Below, in pieces: positions 36,657 to 45,892 of a stretch of DNA of 64,000 nucleotides. Location: positions 2,293 through 66,292 of the forward strand of contig JBBPIN010000010.1 of the NCBI GenBank assembly GCA_038040285.1, read 5' to 3'. Each line of letters opens with the position of its first letter. Position 1 is the first letter of the stretch. This DNA comes from Actinomycetota bacterium (GTDB lineage: Bacteria; Actinomycetota; Thermoleophilia; Solirubrobacterales; 70-9). The notes beneath the pieces are model-generated. The model was not told the DNA's origin and made no database searches. It worked only from the letters and a program-made list of their open reading frames with translations. The position numbers were made by a program, and so were the translations under genes.

Positions 36657-37952
36657 GTGGACCCGAGGACGGGATTGACTGAGAACCCGAGCACCGCAAC
36701 CGGAGAGCAGGCACGCGTGACCTCGAGCGACGGCGTGGCCGGCGCCAAGCGCGAGCTGCCGGACGCCGATGCCTGTCGCGAGCTGCTCTCCACGATGGCG
36801 CTGATCCGCCGCTTCGAGGAGGAGGCGGGCCGCCAGTACCAGCGGGCGAAGGCCGGCGGCTTCCTGCACCTGGCGATCGGTGAGGAGGCGACGATCGTCG
36901 GCACGACGTCGGTGATGCGCCCCGACGACTACCTGATCGGCACCTATCGCACCCACGGCCACGCGATCGCCCGCGGCACCCATCCCAACGCGGTGATGGC
37001 GGAGCTGTTCGGCCGCGTGGACGGAACCAGCGGCGGCCGCGGCGGCTCGATGCATATCTTCGACCTCGAGAACCGCTTCATGGGCGGCTACGGGATCGTC
37101 GGCGGCAACCTGCCGATCGCCGCCGGGCTGGCGCTCGCCTCCGACTACAAGGGCGAGGACTCGGTGACCGTCTGCATGTTCGGGGACGGCGCCTCAAACG
37201 CCGGCAACTTCGGCGAGACGATGAACCTGGCGGCGCTCTGGAAGCTGCCGGTCTTCTTCCTGGTCGAGAACAACCTCTACGGGATGGGAACCGCGATCGA
37301 GCGCCACTCGGCGCAAACCGACCTCTCCCGCAAGGCCGAGGGCTACGGGGTGCCGGGCGAGCGCATCGACGGGATGGACGTGCTCGCAGTGCGGGAGGCG
37401 GTCTCCGAGCACATCCGAATCGCCCGCGAGGAGCGCCGACCGACCCTGGTCGAGGCGTTCACCTACCGCTTCCGCGGCCACTCCGCCGCCGATCCGGAGG
37501 TCTACCGCTCAAAGGACGAGGTCGAGGAGTGGCGCGCCAAGGACCCGATCGAGACCTTCGCGGCCCGCGCCATCGAGGCCGGGAGGCTGAGCCAGCAGGA
37601 CGTCGACGAGATCCGCAAGCACGCGGATGAGGTCGTGACCGAGGCGGTGCGCTTTGCGGATCAGTCGCCGGAGCCGGCACTCGACTCGCTCTACGACCAT
37701 CTCTATGTCGTCGGCGAGACGTTGGGCTGGTACGCGGTCGACGAGCGCAGCCCGGACCCCCACCCCGGCGAGCGCGAGTCCGAGGCGTCGCAGAGGGCAA
37801 AGGAGCTGGCAGAGGCGGGTGCCGCCTACGCCGGCCTTCCCGCCGGACCGCGCCTCAATCCTGCGATCCACGGCGACGCCACCGAGGGATCCAAGGTCCG
37901 CGAGGACGAGGAGCACCCGGCCGAGGACCAGGGCACAGAGGAGAACTCGTAG
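36657..37952 (+). CDS. pdhA: Pyruvate/2-oxoacid dehydrogenase E1 alpha subunit (TPP-binding) with an acidic C-terminal tail
   Basis: GGFLHLAIGEEA and GDGASNAGNF...NNLYGMGT TPP motifs. About 85 extra C-terminal residues lie beyond the usual domain end. Confidence 0.88.
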   Translation: MDPRTGLTENPSTATGEQARVTSSDGVAGAKRELPDADACRELLSTMALIRRFEEEAGRQYQRAKAGGFLHLAIGEEATIVGTTSVMRPDDYLIGTYRTHGHAIARGTHPNAVMAELFGRVDGTSGGRGGSMHIFDLENRFMGGYGIVGGNLPIAAGLALASDYKGEDSVTVCMFGDGASNAGNFGETMNLAALWKLPVFFLVENNLYGMGTAIERHSAQTDLSRKAEGYGVPGERIDGMDVLAVREAVSEHIRIAREERRPTLVEAFTYRFRGHSAADPEVYRSKDEVEEWRAKDPIETFAARAIEAGRLSQQDVDEIRKHADEVVTEAVRFADQSPEPALDSLYDHLYVVGETLGWYAVDERSPDPHPGERESEASQRAKELAEAGAAYAGLPAGPRLNPAIHGDATEGSKVREDEEHPAEDQGTEENS

Positions 37953-38941
37953 TGGCGACGATGCGCATGCGCGAGGCGCTCAATTCGGCGCTGCGCGAGG
38001 AGATGCAGCGCGACGAGTCGGTCTTCATCATGGGCGAGGACGTCGGCGTCTTTCAGGGTGCCTTCAAGGTGACCGAAGGGCTGCTCGACGAGTTCGGCGA
38101 GAAGCGCGTTCGCGACACGCCGATCTCCGAGAACACGATCGTCGGAACGGGCGTCGGCGCGGCGATGGCTGGGCTGCGCCCAGTGGTCGAGATCATGACC
38201 GTCAACTTCTCCCTGCTGGCCGCCGACCAGATCATCAACCACGCGGCCGCGATCCCCTACATGTTCGGGGGCAAGGTGCGGGTGCCGATGGTGATCCGGA
38301 TGCCGGGCGGCGGAGGGCACCAGCTCGGGCCCACGCACTCGCATAGCTTCGAGGCCATGTACCTGCACGTCCCCGGTCTGCTCGTTGCCTGTCCCTCGAC
38401 TCCGGCCGACGGCAAGGCGCTGCTGAAGGCCGCGATCCGCGACGACAACCCGGTGATCTTCATGGAGCACGAGGGCCTGTACGGCGCACGAGGCGAGGTG
38501 CCCGAGAACGGCGACGGGCAGCTGCGCTTCGGCGAAGCGGCGGTGCGGCGCGAGGGTTCCGACGTGACGATCATCGGCATCCTGAAGATGGCCCAGGTGG
38601 CCGAGAACGCGGCCAAGCAACTCTCCAGCGAGGACGGCGTCGAGGCTGAGGTGATCGACCCGCGCACGTTGCGGCCGCTCGATCTCGACACGATCCTCGA
38701 GTCCGTGCACAAGACCAACCGGGTCGTGGTCGTCGAGGAGGGTTGGCCGCACGGCGGGGTCGGCGCCAACATCGCGGCGCTGATCCAGGAGCAGGCCTTT
38801 GACTACCTCGACGCCCCGATTCAGCGGGTCACCGGCGCCGACGTGCCGATGCCCTACTCCAAGCGGCTCGAGCAGTCCGCGATCCCGCACGAGGAACACG
38901 TGATCAAAGCGGCGACGGCCACGCTGGAGGGGTCGGCGTAG
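37952..38941 (+). CDS. pdhB: Pyruvate/2-oxoacid dehydrogenase E1 beta subunit
   Basis: 329 aa. The FIMGEDVGVFQGAFKVT and DTPISE motifs. GTG start in a TAGTG junction. Confidence 0.92.
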   Translation: MATMRMREALNSALREEMQRDESVFIMGEDVGVFQGAFKVTEGLLDEFGEKRVRDTPISENTIVGTGVGAAMAGLRPVVEIMTVNFSLLAADQIINHAAAIPYMFGGKVRVPMVIRMPGGGGHQLGPTHSHSFEAMYLHVPGLLVACPSTPADGKALLKAAIRDDNPVIFMEHEGLYGARGEVPENGDGQLRFGEAAVRREGSDVTIIGILKMAQVAENAAKQLSSEDGVEAEVIDPRTLRPLDLDTILESVHKTNRVVVVEEGWPHGGVGANIAALIQEQAFDYLDAPIQRVTGADVPMPYSKRLEQSAIPHEEHVIKAATATLEGSA

Positions 38942-40224
38942 TGGCTGCGGAGATCGTCATGCCGAGGCTCTCGGACTCGATGGAAGAGGGCACGGTGCTG
39001 CGCTGGCTGAAGTCGGAAGGCGAGGAGGTCGCGGTCGGCGACGAACTGGTCGAGATCGAGACCGACAAGGCGAACATGGTCTACGAGTCCGACGCGGCCG
39101 GCACCCTGATCGAGATCGTGGCCGACGAGGGAGACACGCTGGGGATCGGCGAGGTAATCGCGAGGGTCGGCGACGCCAGCGAAACGAACGGAGCCGGCAA
39201 GAAGAAGAAGGGCAAGGAGCGCAAGTCGGCGGGCAACGGCGGCAAGCCGGAAGCCGAGACCTCCTCCGCCTCCACGGCGACGGCGGCGCCCGCCGCGGAG
39301 AAGGCAGCGCCCTCTGCCACCCAACCGGAGGGGGACGGGCGCGTCAAGGCCTCGCCGATCGCCCGCCGGATCGCCGCCGAGAAGGGCGTCGACCTGGGCG
39401 CGTTACAGGGCTCTGGGCCGGGGGGCCGCATAGTCAAGGCCGACGTCGAAGGGGCGGAAGCGAAACCTGCCGCCGCGCCGACCGCTGGGCCGGCGCCCGT
39501 GGCCGCAACGCGGGAAAGGCCCGAGACCGCGAAGGGCGAGGTCTCCCAGCAGGAGCTCACCAAGCTGCAGCAGACCGTGGCAAGGCGGATGGCGGAATCG
39601 AAGGCCACCGCGCCGCACTTCTATCTCTCGGTCGAGATCGACATGACCCGCGCGGTCGAGGCACGCTCACGGATGAAGGCCGGCACCCCGGAGGGCGAGC
39701 CCGTGCCCTCCTTCAACGACATGGTCGTCAAAGCCTGTGCGATTGCGGTGCGCGAGCACCCGCGCGCCAACGGCGCCTACCGCGACGGTCGTCTGGAGCT
39801 GTACTCGCGGGTCAACGTCGGAGTCGCGGTGGCCGCGCAGGACGCCCTGACCGTCCCGACCATCTTCGATGCCGACCGCAAGGGGCTGCGCGAGATCGCC
39901 CGCCAGACGCGCGAGCTCGCTGGCAAGGTTCGCGACGCCACGATCACGCCACCCGAGCTCTCCGGAGGGACCTTCACGGTCTCAAACCTCGGCATGTATG
40001 GGATCGACAGCTTTTCGGCGGTGATCAACCCGCCGCAGGCTGGCATCCTCGCCGTCGGCGCGATCAACGAGCGGCCGGTCGTGCGCGACGGGGAGTTCGC
40101 GAAGGCGCAGCTGATGTCGGTGACCCTTGCCTGCGACCACCGGATCCTCTACGGCGCCGACGGCGCCCAGTTCCTGGCCCGGATCCGCGACCTGCTCGAA
40201 GAGCCGGCGAACCTGGCGCTCTAG
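38941..40224 (+). CDS. Dihydrolipoamide acyltransferase (E2)
   Basis: Lipoyl domain with EIETDKA, a peripheral subunit-binding domain (ASPIARRIAAEKGVDL) and a catalytic DHRILYGADGAQF motif. Confidence 0.93.
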   Translation: MAAEIVMPRLSDSMEEGTVLRWLKSEGEEVAVGDELVEIETDKANMVYESDAAGTLIEIVADEGDTLGIGEVIARVGDASETNGAGKKKKGKERKSAGNGGKPEAETSSASTATAAPAAEKAAPSATQPEGDGRVKASPIARRIAAEKGVDLGALQGSGPGGRIVKADVEGAEAKPAAAPTAGPAPVAATRERPETAKGEVSQQELTKLQQTVARRMAESKATAPHFYLSVEIDMTRAVEARSRMKAGTPEGEPVPSFNDMVVKACAIAVREHPRANGAYRDGRLELYSRVNVGVAVAAQDALTVPTIFDADRKGLREIARQTRELAGKVRDATITPPELSGGTFTVSNLGMYGIDSFSAVINPPQAGILAVGAINERPVVRDGEFAKAQLMSVTLACDHRILYGADGAQFLARIRDLLEEPANLAL

Positions 40225-40226
40225 CG

Positions 40227-41138
40227 CTAGTGCTCGCAGTCGCGCAGGCGATCGCGGCCCGGCCCGCCGCGGCAACGGTCGAATCCCTGGCCGCCGGCCA
40301 CGAGGTCGTCCCCAGCGCCGCCGCGCAGGCGGTCGCGCCCGCGCCCCCCGTGGAGCGCGTCGTCGCCGCGGCGCCCTCGAATGAAGTCTGATCCCCGACC
40401 GCCGAGGACGAGGTCGTTCCCGGCACCGCCCCTGACCACGTCGGTGCCTGGCCCGGTACAGATCAGGTCCCCGCCCTGGAGGCCGAACACTGTGTCGTCG
40501 CCCCCCAGGGTGGAGATCACGTCGTTGCCAGCGGTGCCGACGAGCGCGTCGGGGCCGGCGGTGCCCAGGATCGTCACCGTTTGACCCGCACACTTCGCCG
40601 GCTTGGGCGGCTTCGGCGGCTTCTTGATTGTCGTCACCTCGGTGTCGAGGTTGTTGCTCGCCTTGGGATCGGTCACGTCGCTGGCCACCGAAGCCGAGTT
40701 GCTGACCTCGCCGCTGGTCTTCTTCACCGTCACCTTGATCGTGATCGTGCGATCGACCGTGGTCGTGACGGTACCCAGGTTGCAGACCTCCTTGCCGCTG
40801 GTCACGGTGCAGCTCCCGGCAGACGGGGTGGCGGAGACGAGGCTGACGCCGCTCGGCAGTCCATCGGTGACCGTCGTGTTCGTAGCCGGGTCGGGGCCGG
40901 CGTTGTGGACCTTGATCGTGTAGGTGAGCACCGCCCCGGTGAGGACCGGATCGGGGCTGTCGGACATCGTCAGCGAGAGGTCGGCGGGGTCGGGCGCCGC
41001 CGCGCCCGCCCGCTCGGGCCCGTCACCCCCCTGCTGCAGAATCGCCAGCGCCGCCAGCACGACGAGGCCGGCGGCCGCCAAGCCGCCCGCACGTCCTCGC
41101 GCAGTTCGCCAAATGAGCCTCATGCCATTACCCCGCAT
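40227..41138 (-). CDS. Secreted DUF11-repeat / RTX-like calcium-binding repeat protein
   Basis: Signal-anchor N-terminus, a DUF11-like module (LTYTIKVHNAGPDPATNTTVTDGLPSGVSLVS), a KPPKPPKP linker and tandem GGxGxD-type repeats at the C-terminus. The start is ATG 41138 or 41123. Confidence 0.75.
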   Translation of the reverse strand: MRGNGMRLIWRTARGRAGGLAAAGLVVLAALAILQQGGDGPERAGAAAPDPADLSLTMSDSPDPVLTGAVLTYTIKVHNAGPDPATNTTVTDGLPSGVSLVSATPSAGSCTVTSGKEVCNLGTVTTTVDRTITIKVTVKKTSGEVSNSASVASDVTDPKASNNLDTEVTTIKKPPKPPKPAKCAGQTVTILGTAGPDALVGTAGNDVISTLGGDDTVFGLQGGDLICTGPGTDVVRGGAGNDLVLGGRGSDFIRGRRGDDALHGGRGRDRLRGGAGDDLVAGGQGFDRCRGGPGRDRLRDCEH

Positions 41139-41411
41139 GCCAAAAACTCGAGGTCCAAGGGTGTCAACAAGCCGGAATCCGCAAGGTTGCGCGCAGGCGG
41201 CCACGCACCGCGCGCGTAAGCGAGTGGACGATCCGGTTTGAAACCGCCTCCAGCAGGGGTAACATCGCTGTAGCGATACGCACATAGGGAGGAGGGGAAG
41301 ATCCCTCGCCTCCTGCGTCCATAGGCGCGGCGGCCGGAGATCCCGGCGCCGCGACAACCGGCCCGGCCGAGGAGATCCTGAAGCCAGGCCAGATCCGAAG
41401 GGACGGCTCAT

Positions 41412-42497
41412 ATGAGGCTCAGCGAGGTGAGCACGGTCAGCGATGCCGGGCTCGAGACGCGCGGTGGCCAGCTCACGCGTGAGGACCGGGGGCGCCTATT
41501 CCGCTTCATGGCGATGATGCGCGCGGCCGAGGAACGCGGCCTCGCCCTCTACAAGCAGGGCAAGGTGCCGGGCTCCTTCTACGACGGCTGCGGGCAGGAG
41601 GCCGTATCGGTCGGCGCGGCGTACGCGCTCGGACCCCGAGACCGGATGTGCATCCTGCACCGCGACCTCGGGGCTCATTTCGTTCGCGGCGTGACGCCGG
41701 ACCGCTACCTGGCCAACTACATGGGCCGCTCCGGTGGGGTGACCGGCGGCAAGGACGGCAACATGCACTTCGGCGACCCCCGTCTCGGCTGCGTGGGGAT
41801 GGTCTCGATGCTGCCCGACATGGCGCAGCCGGCTGTGGGGATGGCGCTGGCTTTCAAGATGCGTCGAGAGCCGCGTGTCGCGATGACCTACTTCGGCGAG
41901 GGCTCGACCGCCAACGGCCAGTGGCACGAGGCGATGAACTTCGCCGGGATCCACCGCCTGCCGGTCGTCTTCATCCTCGAGAACAACCAGTTCGCCTACT
42001 CGACCCCGAACCGGCTCGAGTTCGCCGCCGACCCGGTGAAGCGGGCGGAGGGTTACGGGTTCGGCGGGGACGAGGTCGACGGCAACGACGTCGAGGCCGT
42101 GTTCGACGCCTCCCGCGAGGCGGTTGATCGTGCCCGCGAGGGCGGCGGTCCGACGTTGATCGAGTGCCACACGATGCGCATGCACGGCCACGGCGCCCAC
42201 GACGACATGAGCTACGTGCCGCCCGAGCTGTTCGAGGAGTGGGCCGCCCGCGATCCGATCGAGCTCTACGCCGAGCGGCTCGTCTCCCAATTCGGCTTTG
42301 AGCACGGTGCGATCGAGGAGATCCGCGACGAGGTCCGCCGCTACGTCGACGAGTGCGCCGAGCAAGCGCTTGCCTCGCCGATGCCGGAGCCAGAGCTGGC
42401 GCTGGAGGGGGTATTCGCGGAGGACTTCGAGGTCCTGGGCGACGGAGAGGCCCCCTGGTCGAGGTGGTCGGCGAACGGAAACGGGAGGCCGGCATGA
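41412..42497 (+). CDS. Branched-chain 2-oxoacid dehydrogenase-like E1 alpha subunit
   Basis: 361 aa. TPP motif YFGEGSTANGQWHEAMNFA...NNQFAYSTP. It is followed by E1b, E2 and Leu/Val dehydrogenase genes. Confidence 0.88.
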   Translation: MRLSEVSTVSDAGLETRGGQLTREDRGRLFRFMAMMRAAEERGLALYKQGKVPGSFYDGCGQEAVSVGAAYALGPRDRMCILHRDLGAHFVRGVTPDRYLANYMGRSGGVTGGKDGNMHFGDPRLGCVGMVSMLPDMAQPAVGMALAFKMRREPRVAMTYFGEGSTANGQWHEAMNFAGIHRLPVVFILENNQFAYSTPNRLEFAADPVKRAEGYGFGGDEVDGNDVEAVFDASREAVDRAREGGGPTLIECHTMRMHGHGAHDDMSYVPPELFEEWAARDPIELYAERLVSQFGFEHGAIEEIRDEVRRYVDECAEQALASPMPEPELALEGVFAEDFEVLGDGEAPWSRWSANGNGRPA

Positions 42498-43510
42498 GCG
42501 CCGTGACCCCCGCGGCGACCGGCGACGCCGGCGAGGCGGTCGCGGCGCGCGAGATGACCTACCTGGAGGCGATCTCCGACGCCCTCCGGACCGAGATGCG
42601 GCGTGACCCTGCCGTCTTCTGCCTCGGCGAGGACATCGGCGCCTTCGGCGGCGCATTCAAGGTCACCGACGGATTCGTGGAGGAGTTCGGCGCCGATCGG
42701 GTGCTCGACACCCCATTGGCCGAGAACACGATCATCGGCGCCGCCGTTGGCGCGGCGGTCGAGGGTCTGCGGCCGGTTTGCGAGATGCAGTTCGCCGACT
42801 TCATTTCCTGCGGCTTCGACCAGCTCGTCAACGTCGCCGCAAAGCTGCACTACCGGCAGGGAATCGCGGTGCCGATGGTCGTCCGGCTGCCCTCCGGCGG
42901 TGGGTTCTCCGGCGGGCCCTTCCATTCCCAGAACCCCGAGGCCTGGCTGCTGCAGGCGCCGGGATTGAAGGTGGTTGCGCCGGCGACGGCCGCCGACGCG
43001 AAGGGCCTGCTGAGCAGCGCGATCCGCGACCCCAACCCGGTCTGCTTCTTGGAGCACAAGGGCCTCTACCGCCACGTGCGCGACGAGGTGCCGGAGGGCG
43101 AGCACACGATGCCCCTGGGGGAAGCGCGGGTCGCCCGTGAGGGCTCCGAGATGACGGTGATCGCCTACGGATCCGCGGTGCATCTGGCGCTGCAGGCGGC
43201 CGACGAGCTGGAGCAGAAGATCGAGGTGCTCGACCTGCGGACGCTCTGTCCGCTCGACACCGACGCGGTGCTTGCGAGCGCTCGCAAGACCGGCAAGGTG
43301 CTGGTCGCCCACGAGGCGACGCGTTCCTGCGGGGTGGGCGCCGAGCTGGCGGCGCTGATCGCGGAGCAGGCGTTCGAGCACCTCGATGCGCCGCTGGCGC
43401 GCCTGACCGCACCCGACGTCCCGATTCCCTTCAGCCCACCGCTCGAGCAGCACGTGCTGCCGGGGCTCGACGACATGAAGGAGGCCTGCCGTGGGCTCCT
43501 CGCGTACTGA
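42494..43510 (+). CDS. Branched-chain 2-oxoacid dehydrogenase-like E1 beta subunit
   Basis: ATG 42494 overlaps the upstream stop (ATGA). CLGEDIGAFGGAFKVT and DTPLAE motifs. Confidence 0.9.
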   Translation: MSAVTPAATGDAGEAVAAREMTYLEAISDALRTEMRRDPAVFCLGEDIGAFGGAFKVTDGFVEEFGADRVLDTPLAENTIIGAAVGAAVEGLRPVCEMQFADFISCGFDQLVNVAAKLHYRQGIAVPMVVRLPSGGGFSGGPFHSQNPEAWLLQAPGLKVVAPATAADAKGLLSSAIRDPNPVCFLEHKGLYRHVRDEVPEGEHTMPLGEARVAREGSEMTVIAYGSAVHLALQAADELEQKIEVLDLRTLCPLDTDAVLASARKTGKVLVAHEATRSCGVGAELAALIAEQAFEHLDAPLARLTAPDVPIPFSPPLEQHVLPGLDDMKEACRGLLAY

Positions 43511-43514
43511 AAGC

Positions 43515-44840
43515 ATGGTCCAGGTGACGATGCCCCAGATGGGGATCTCGGTGGCCGAGGGGACGATCACCGAATGGCGCAAGCGCCCGGGTGACTGGGT
43601 CGACGTCGACGAGGTGATCTGCGAAGTCAGCACCGACAAGGTCGACGTCGAGATCCCGGCGCCGGCTGCCGGCCGTGTCGAACGCCTACTCGCCGAACCG
43701 GGGCAGACGCTCGCGGTCGGTGAACCTCTCGCCGAGATCGACCCGAGCGCGAGGCCGGGCGAGGCGCATCCTGAAGAACACAGTCCCAACCGCTCTACCG
43801 CGGGTCCTGTCACGGCGGACGCGATTCCGCCCGTGCTCCACGGTCCGCGCGGAGCGGAATCGGCGTCCGCCGCACCACCCGCGGATCAGCCGCAGGAGCT
43901 TGACCGCTCCCAGTTCCATTCGCCCGTCGTTCGGCGGATTGCCGAGGAGCATGGAATCGACCTCAGTCAGGTCGAAGGAACCGGCATAGGCGGCCGCGTC
44001 CGCAAGACCGACGTCGTCGCCTACATCGAGGGTGGAGGCGAACGAGAGGTAGAGGAGCGGCCGCTTCACATCGAGTCGCCGTACCGACCCGAGCCTGCCC
44101 CGGCGGGCAATGGAACCGCGGCGCCCACGCCCGAGCCCGCGGCACTGGGTGGGCATCGCGAGCCGATGTCGCCGATGCGGCAGCAGATCGCCCGCCACAT
44201 GGTCGAGAGCCGCCACACGTCGGCTCACTGCACGACGATCGTCGAGGTGGACTTCTCGCGTGTCGCGGCACGCCGTGCGGAGCTGCGGGAGGCGATGGAG
44301 CGCCGGGGGGTGCGGCTCACCTATCTCGCCTTCGTGGCGCGGGCGACGGTGCTGGCGCTCGCCGAGCATCCGATCCTCAACGCCTCGATCGAGGAGGAGG
44401 AGATCGTCTACCACGACGACGTCAACCTCGGCATTGCGGTGGCGCTCGAGGACGGCCTGATCGTGCCGGTGATCCCGCGTGCGCAGCGGCTCAGCCTCGA
44501 GGGCACGGCGGCGGCGATCAACGACCTCGCCGACCGGGCCCGGCGCCGGGAGCTGGAACCCGATGACGTGCACGGCGGCACCTTCACGATCACCAACCCG
44601 GGGCAGTTCGGTGCCGTGCTTGCCACACCGATCATCAACCAGCCGCAGGTCGCGATCCTCGACCTCGAGGCCGTCGTCAAGCGCCCGGTTGTGGTCGAGG
44701 ACGGCGGCACCGACGCGATCGCGATCCGGCCGATGAGCTACCTCTGCATGTCCTGGGACCATCGGGGGCTCGACGGCGCCGTCGCGGCGCGCTTTCTCGC
44801 CTCGGTGCGGGAGCGGCTCGAAAGCGGGGAGGTCGAGTGA
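43515..44840 (+). CDS. Dihydrolipoamide acyltransferase (E2) of the second complex
   Basis: Lipoyl domain (EVSTDKVDVEI), a subunit-binding domain (SPVVRRIAEEHGIDL) and a catalytic SWDHRGLDGA motif. An alternative GTG start lies at 43491. Confidence 0.9.
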   Translation: MVQVTMPQMGISVAEGTITEWRKRPGDWVDVDEVICEVSTDKVDVEIPAPAAGRVERLLAEPGQTLAVGEPLAEIDPSARPGEAHPEEHSPNRSTAGPVTADAIPPVLHGPRGAESASAAPPADQPQELDRSQFHSPVVRRIAEEHGIDLSQVEGTGIGGRVRKTDVVAYIEGGGEREVEERPLHIESPYRPEPAPAGNGTAAPTPEPAALGGHREPMSPMRQQIARHMVESRHTSAHCTTIVEVDFSRVAARRAELREAMERRGVRLTYLAFVARATVLALAEHPILNASIEEEEIVYHDDVNLGIAVALEDGLIVPVIPRAQRLSLEGTAAAINDLADRARRRELEPDDVHGGTFTITNPGQFGAVLATPIINQPQVAILDLEAVVKRPVVVEDGGTDAIAIRPMSYLCMSWDHRGLDGAVAARFLASVRERLESGEVE

Positions 44841-45892
44841 TGATCGATCACGAGGAGCTACTGACCCGTCGCGGCGAGCGCAGCGGGCTGCCAATGGTGA
44901 TCGCGGTGCACTCGACCGCGCTCGGCCCGGCTCTCGGTGGCTGCCGGATGTGGCATTACGAGGGCGACGGGGACGGGATCGAGGACGCGCTTTGCCTGGC
45001 TCGCGCGATGACGCTGAAGGCCGCCGCCGCAGGGCTCGATCTCGGCGGCGGCAAGGGGGTGATCTGCCTGCCCGATGGCGCACCCACGGCGAAGCAGCGT
45101 CGCGCCGCCCTGCTCGACTTCGCCGACGCGGTCGAGTCGCTGGAGGGTCGGTACATCACCGCCGAGGACGTCGGCACCGGCGCCGAGGACGCGGCGGTGA
45201 TCGCCGAGCGCACCGGCCATGTGGTCGGGCTCCCCCCGGCGCTCGGCGGCCGCGGCGACCCCAGTCCGCTCACGGCCCGCGGCGTCGAGCGGGCGATCGG
45301 CTCCTGCTGCTCGCACCGCTTCGGCTCGCCCGAGCTGGAGGGGCTGCGGGTGTGCGTGGTGGGACTCGGCCACGTCGGCAGCGCACTTGTGGGCCGGTTG
45401 GCGGCCGGCGGCGCAGAGCTGCTGGTCTCCGACATCGATCCCAGCCGCTGCGCCCAAGCCGAACGGCTGGGGGCGCGCTGGGTCGATCCCGAGGCTGCGG
45501 TGCTCGCCGAGTGCGACGTGCTGGCGCCCTGCGCCCTCGGCGGTGCCGTGAACGAGGCGAACGCGGATGCCCTTCGCTGCCAAATCGTCTGCGGGGCGGC
45601 GAACAACGTGCTCGCGGATGAGGCGCTGGTCCGGCGCCTCGACGGGCGCGGGATCGTCTACGCGCCCGACTTCATCGCCAACGCCGGCGGCCTGATCCAC
45701 GTCTACGCGGACCTTCACGGCTATGACTCGGCAAGGGTCGACGACCTGGTCGACTCGATCGGCGACACGATGCGGAGAGTTCTTTTGGAGGCCGAGGAGG
45801 ACGGGACCACGCCGCTCGAAGCGGCGCGCGAGCTGGCCCGTCGCAGGCTCAGGGGCGACCTCGCCGGCGTGAGAGACTGGGCGCATGCATGA
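44837..45892 (+). CDS. Leu/Val/Phe dehydrogenase (Glu/Leu/Phe/Val dehydrogenase family)
   Basis: GGCRMW and LGGGKGVI catalytic-lysine region and a GLGHVG Rossmann motif. Start is GTG 44837 or ATG 44840. Confidence 0.88.
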   Translation: MMIDHEELLTRRGERSGLPMVIAVHSTALGPALGGCRMWHYEGDGDGIEDALCLARAMTLKAAAAGLDLGGGKGVICLPDGAPTAKQRRAALLDFADAVESLEGRYITAEDVGTGAEDAAVIAERTGHVVGLPPALGGRGDPSPLTARGVERAIGSCCSHRFGSPELEGLRVCVVGLGHVGSALVGRLAAGGAELLVSDIDPSRCAQAERLGARWVDPEAAVLAECDVLAPCALGGAVNEANADALRCQIVCGAANNVLADEALVRRLDGRGIVYAPDFIANAGGLIHVYADLHGYDSARVDDLVDSIGDTMRRVLLEAEEDGTTPLEAARELARRRLRGDLAGVRDWAHA

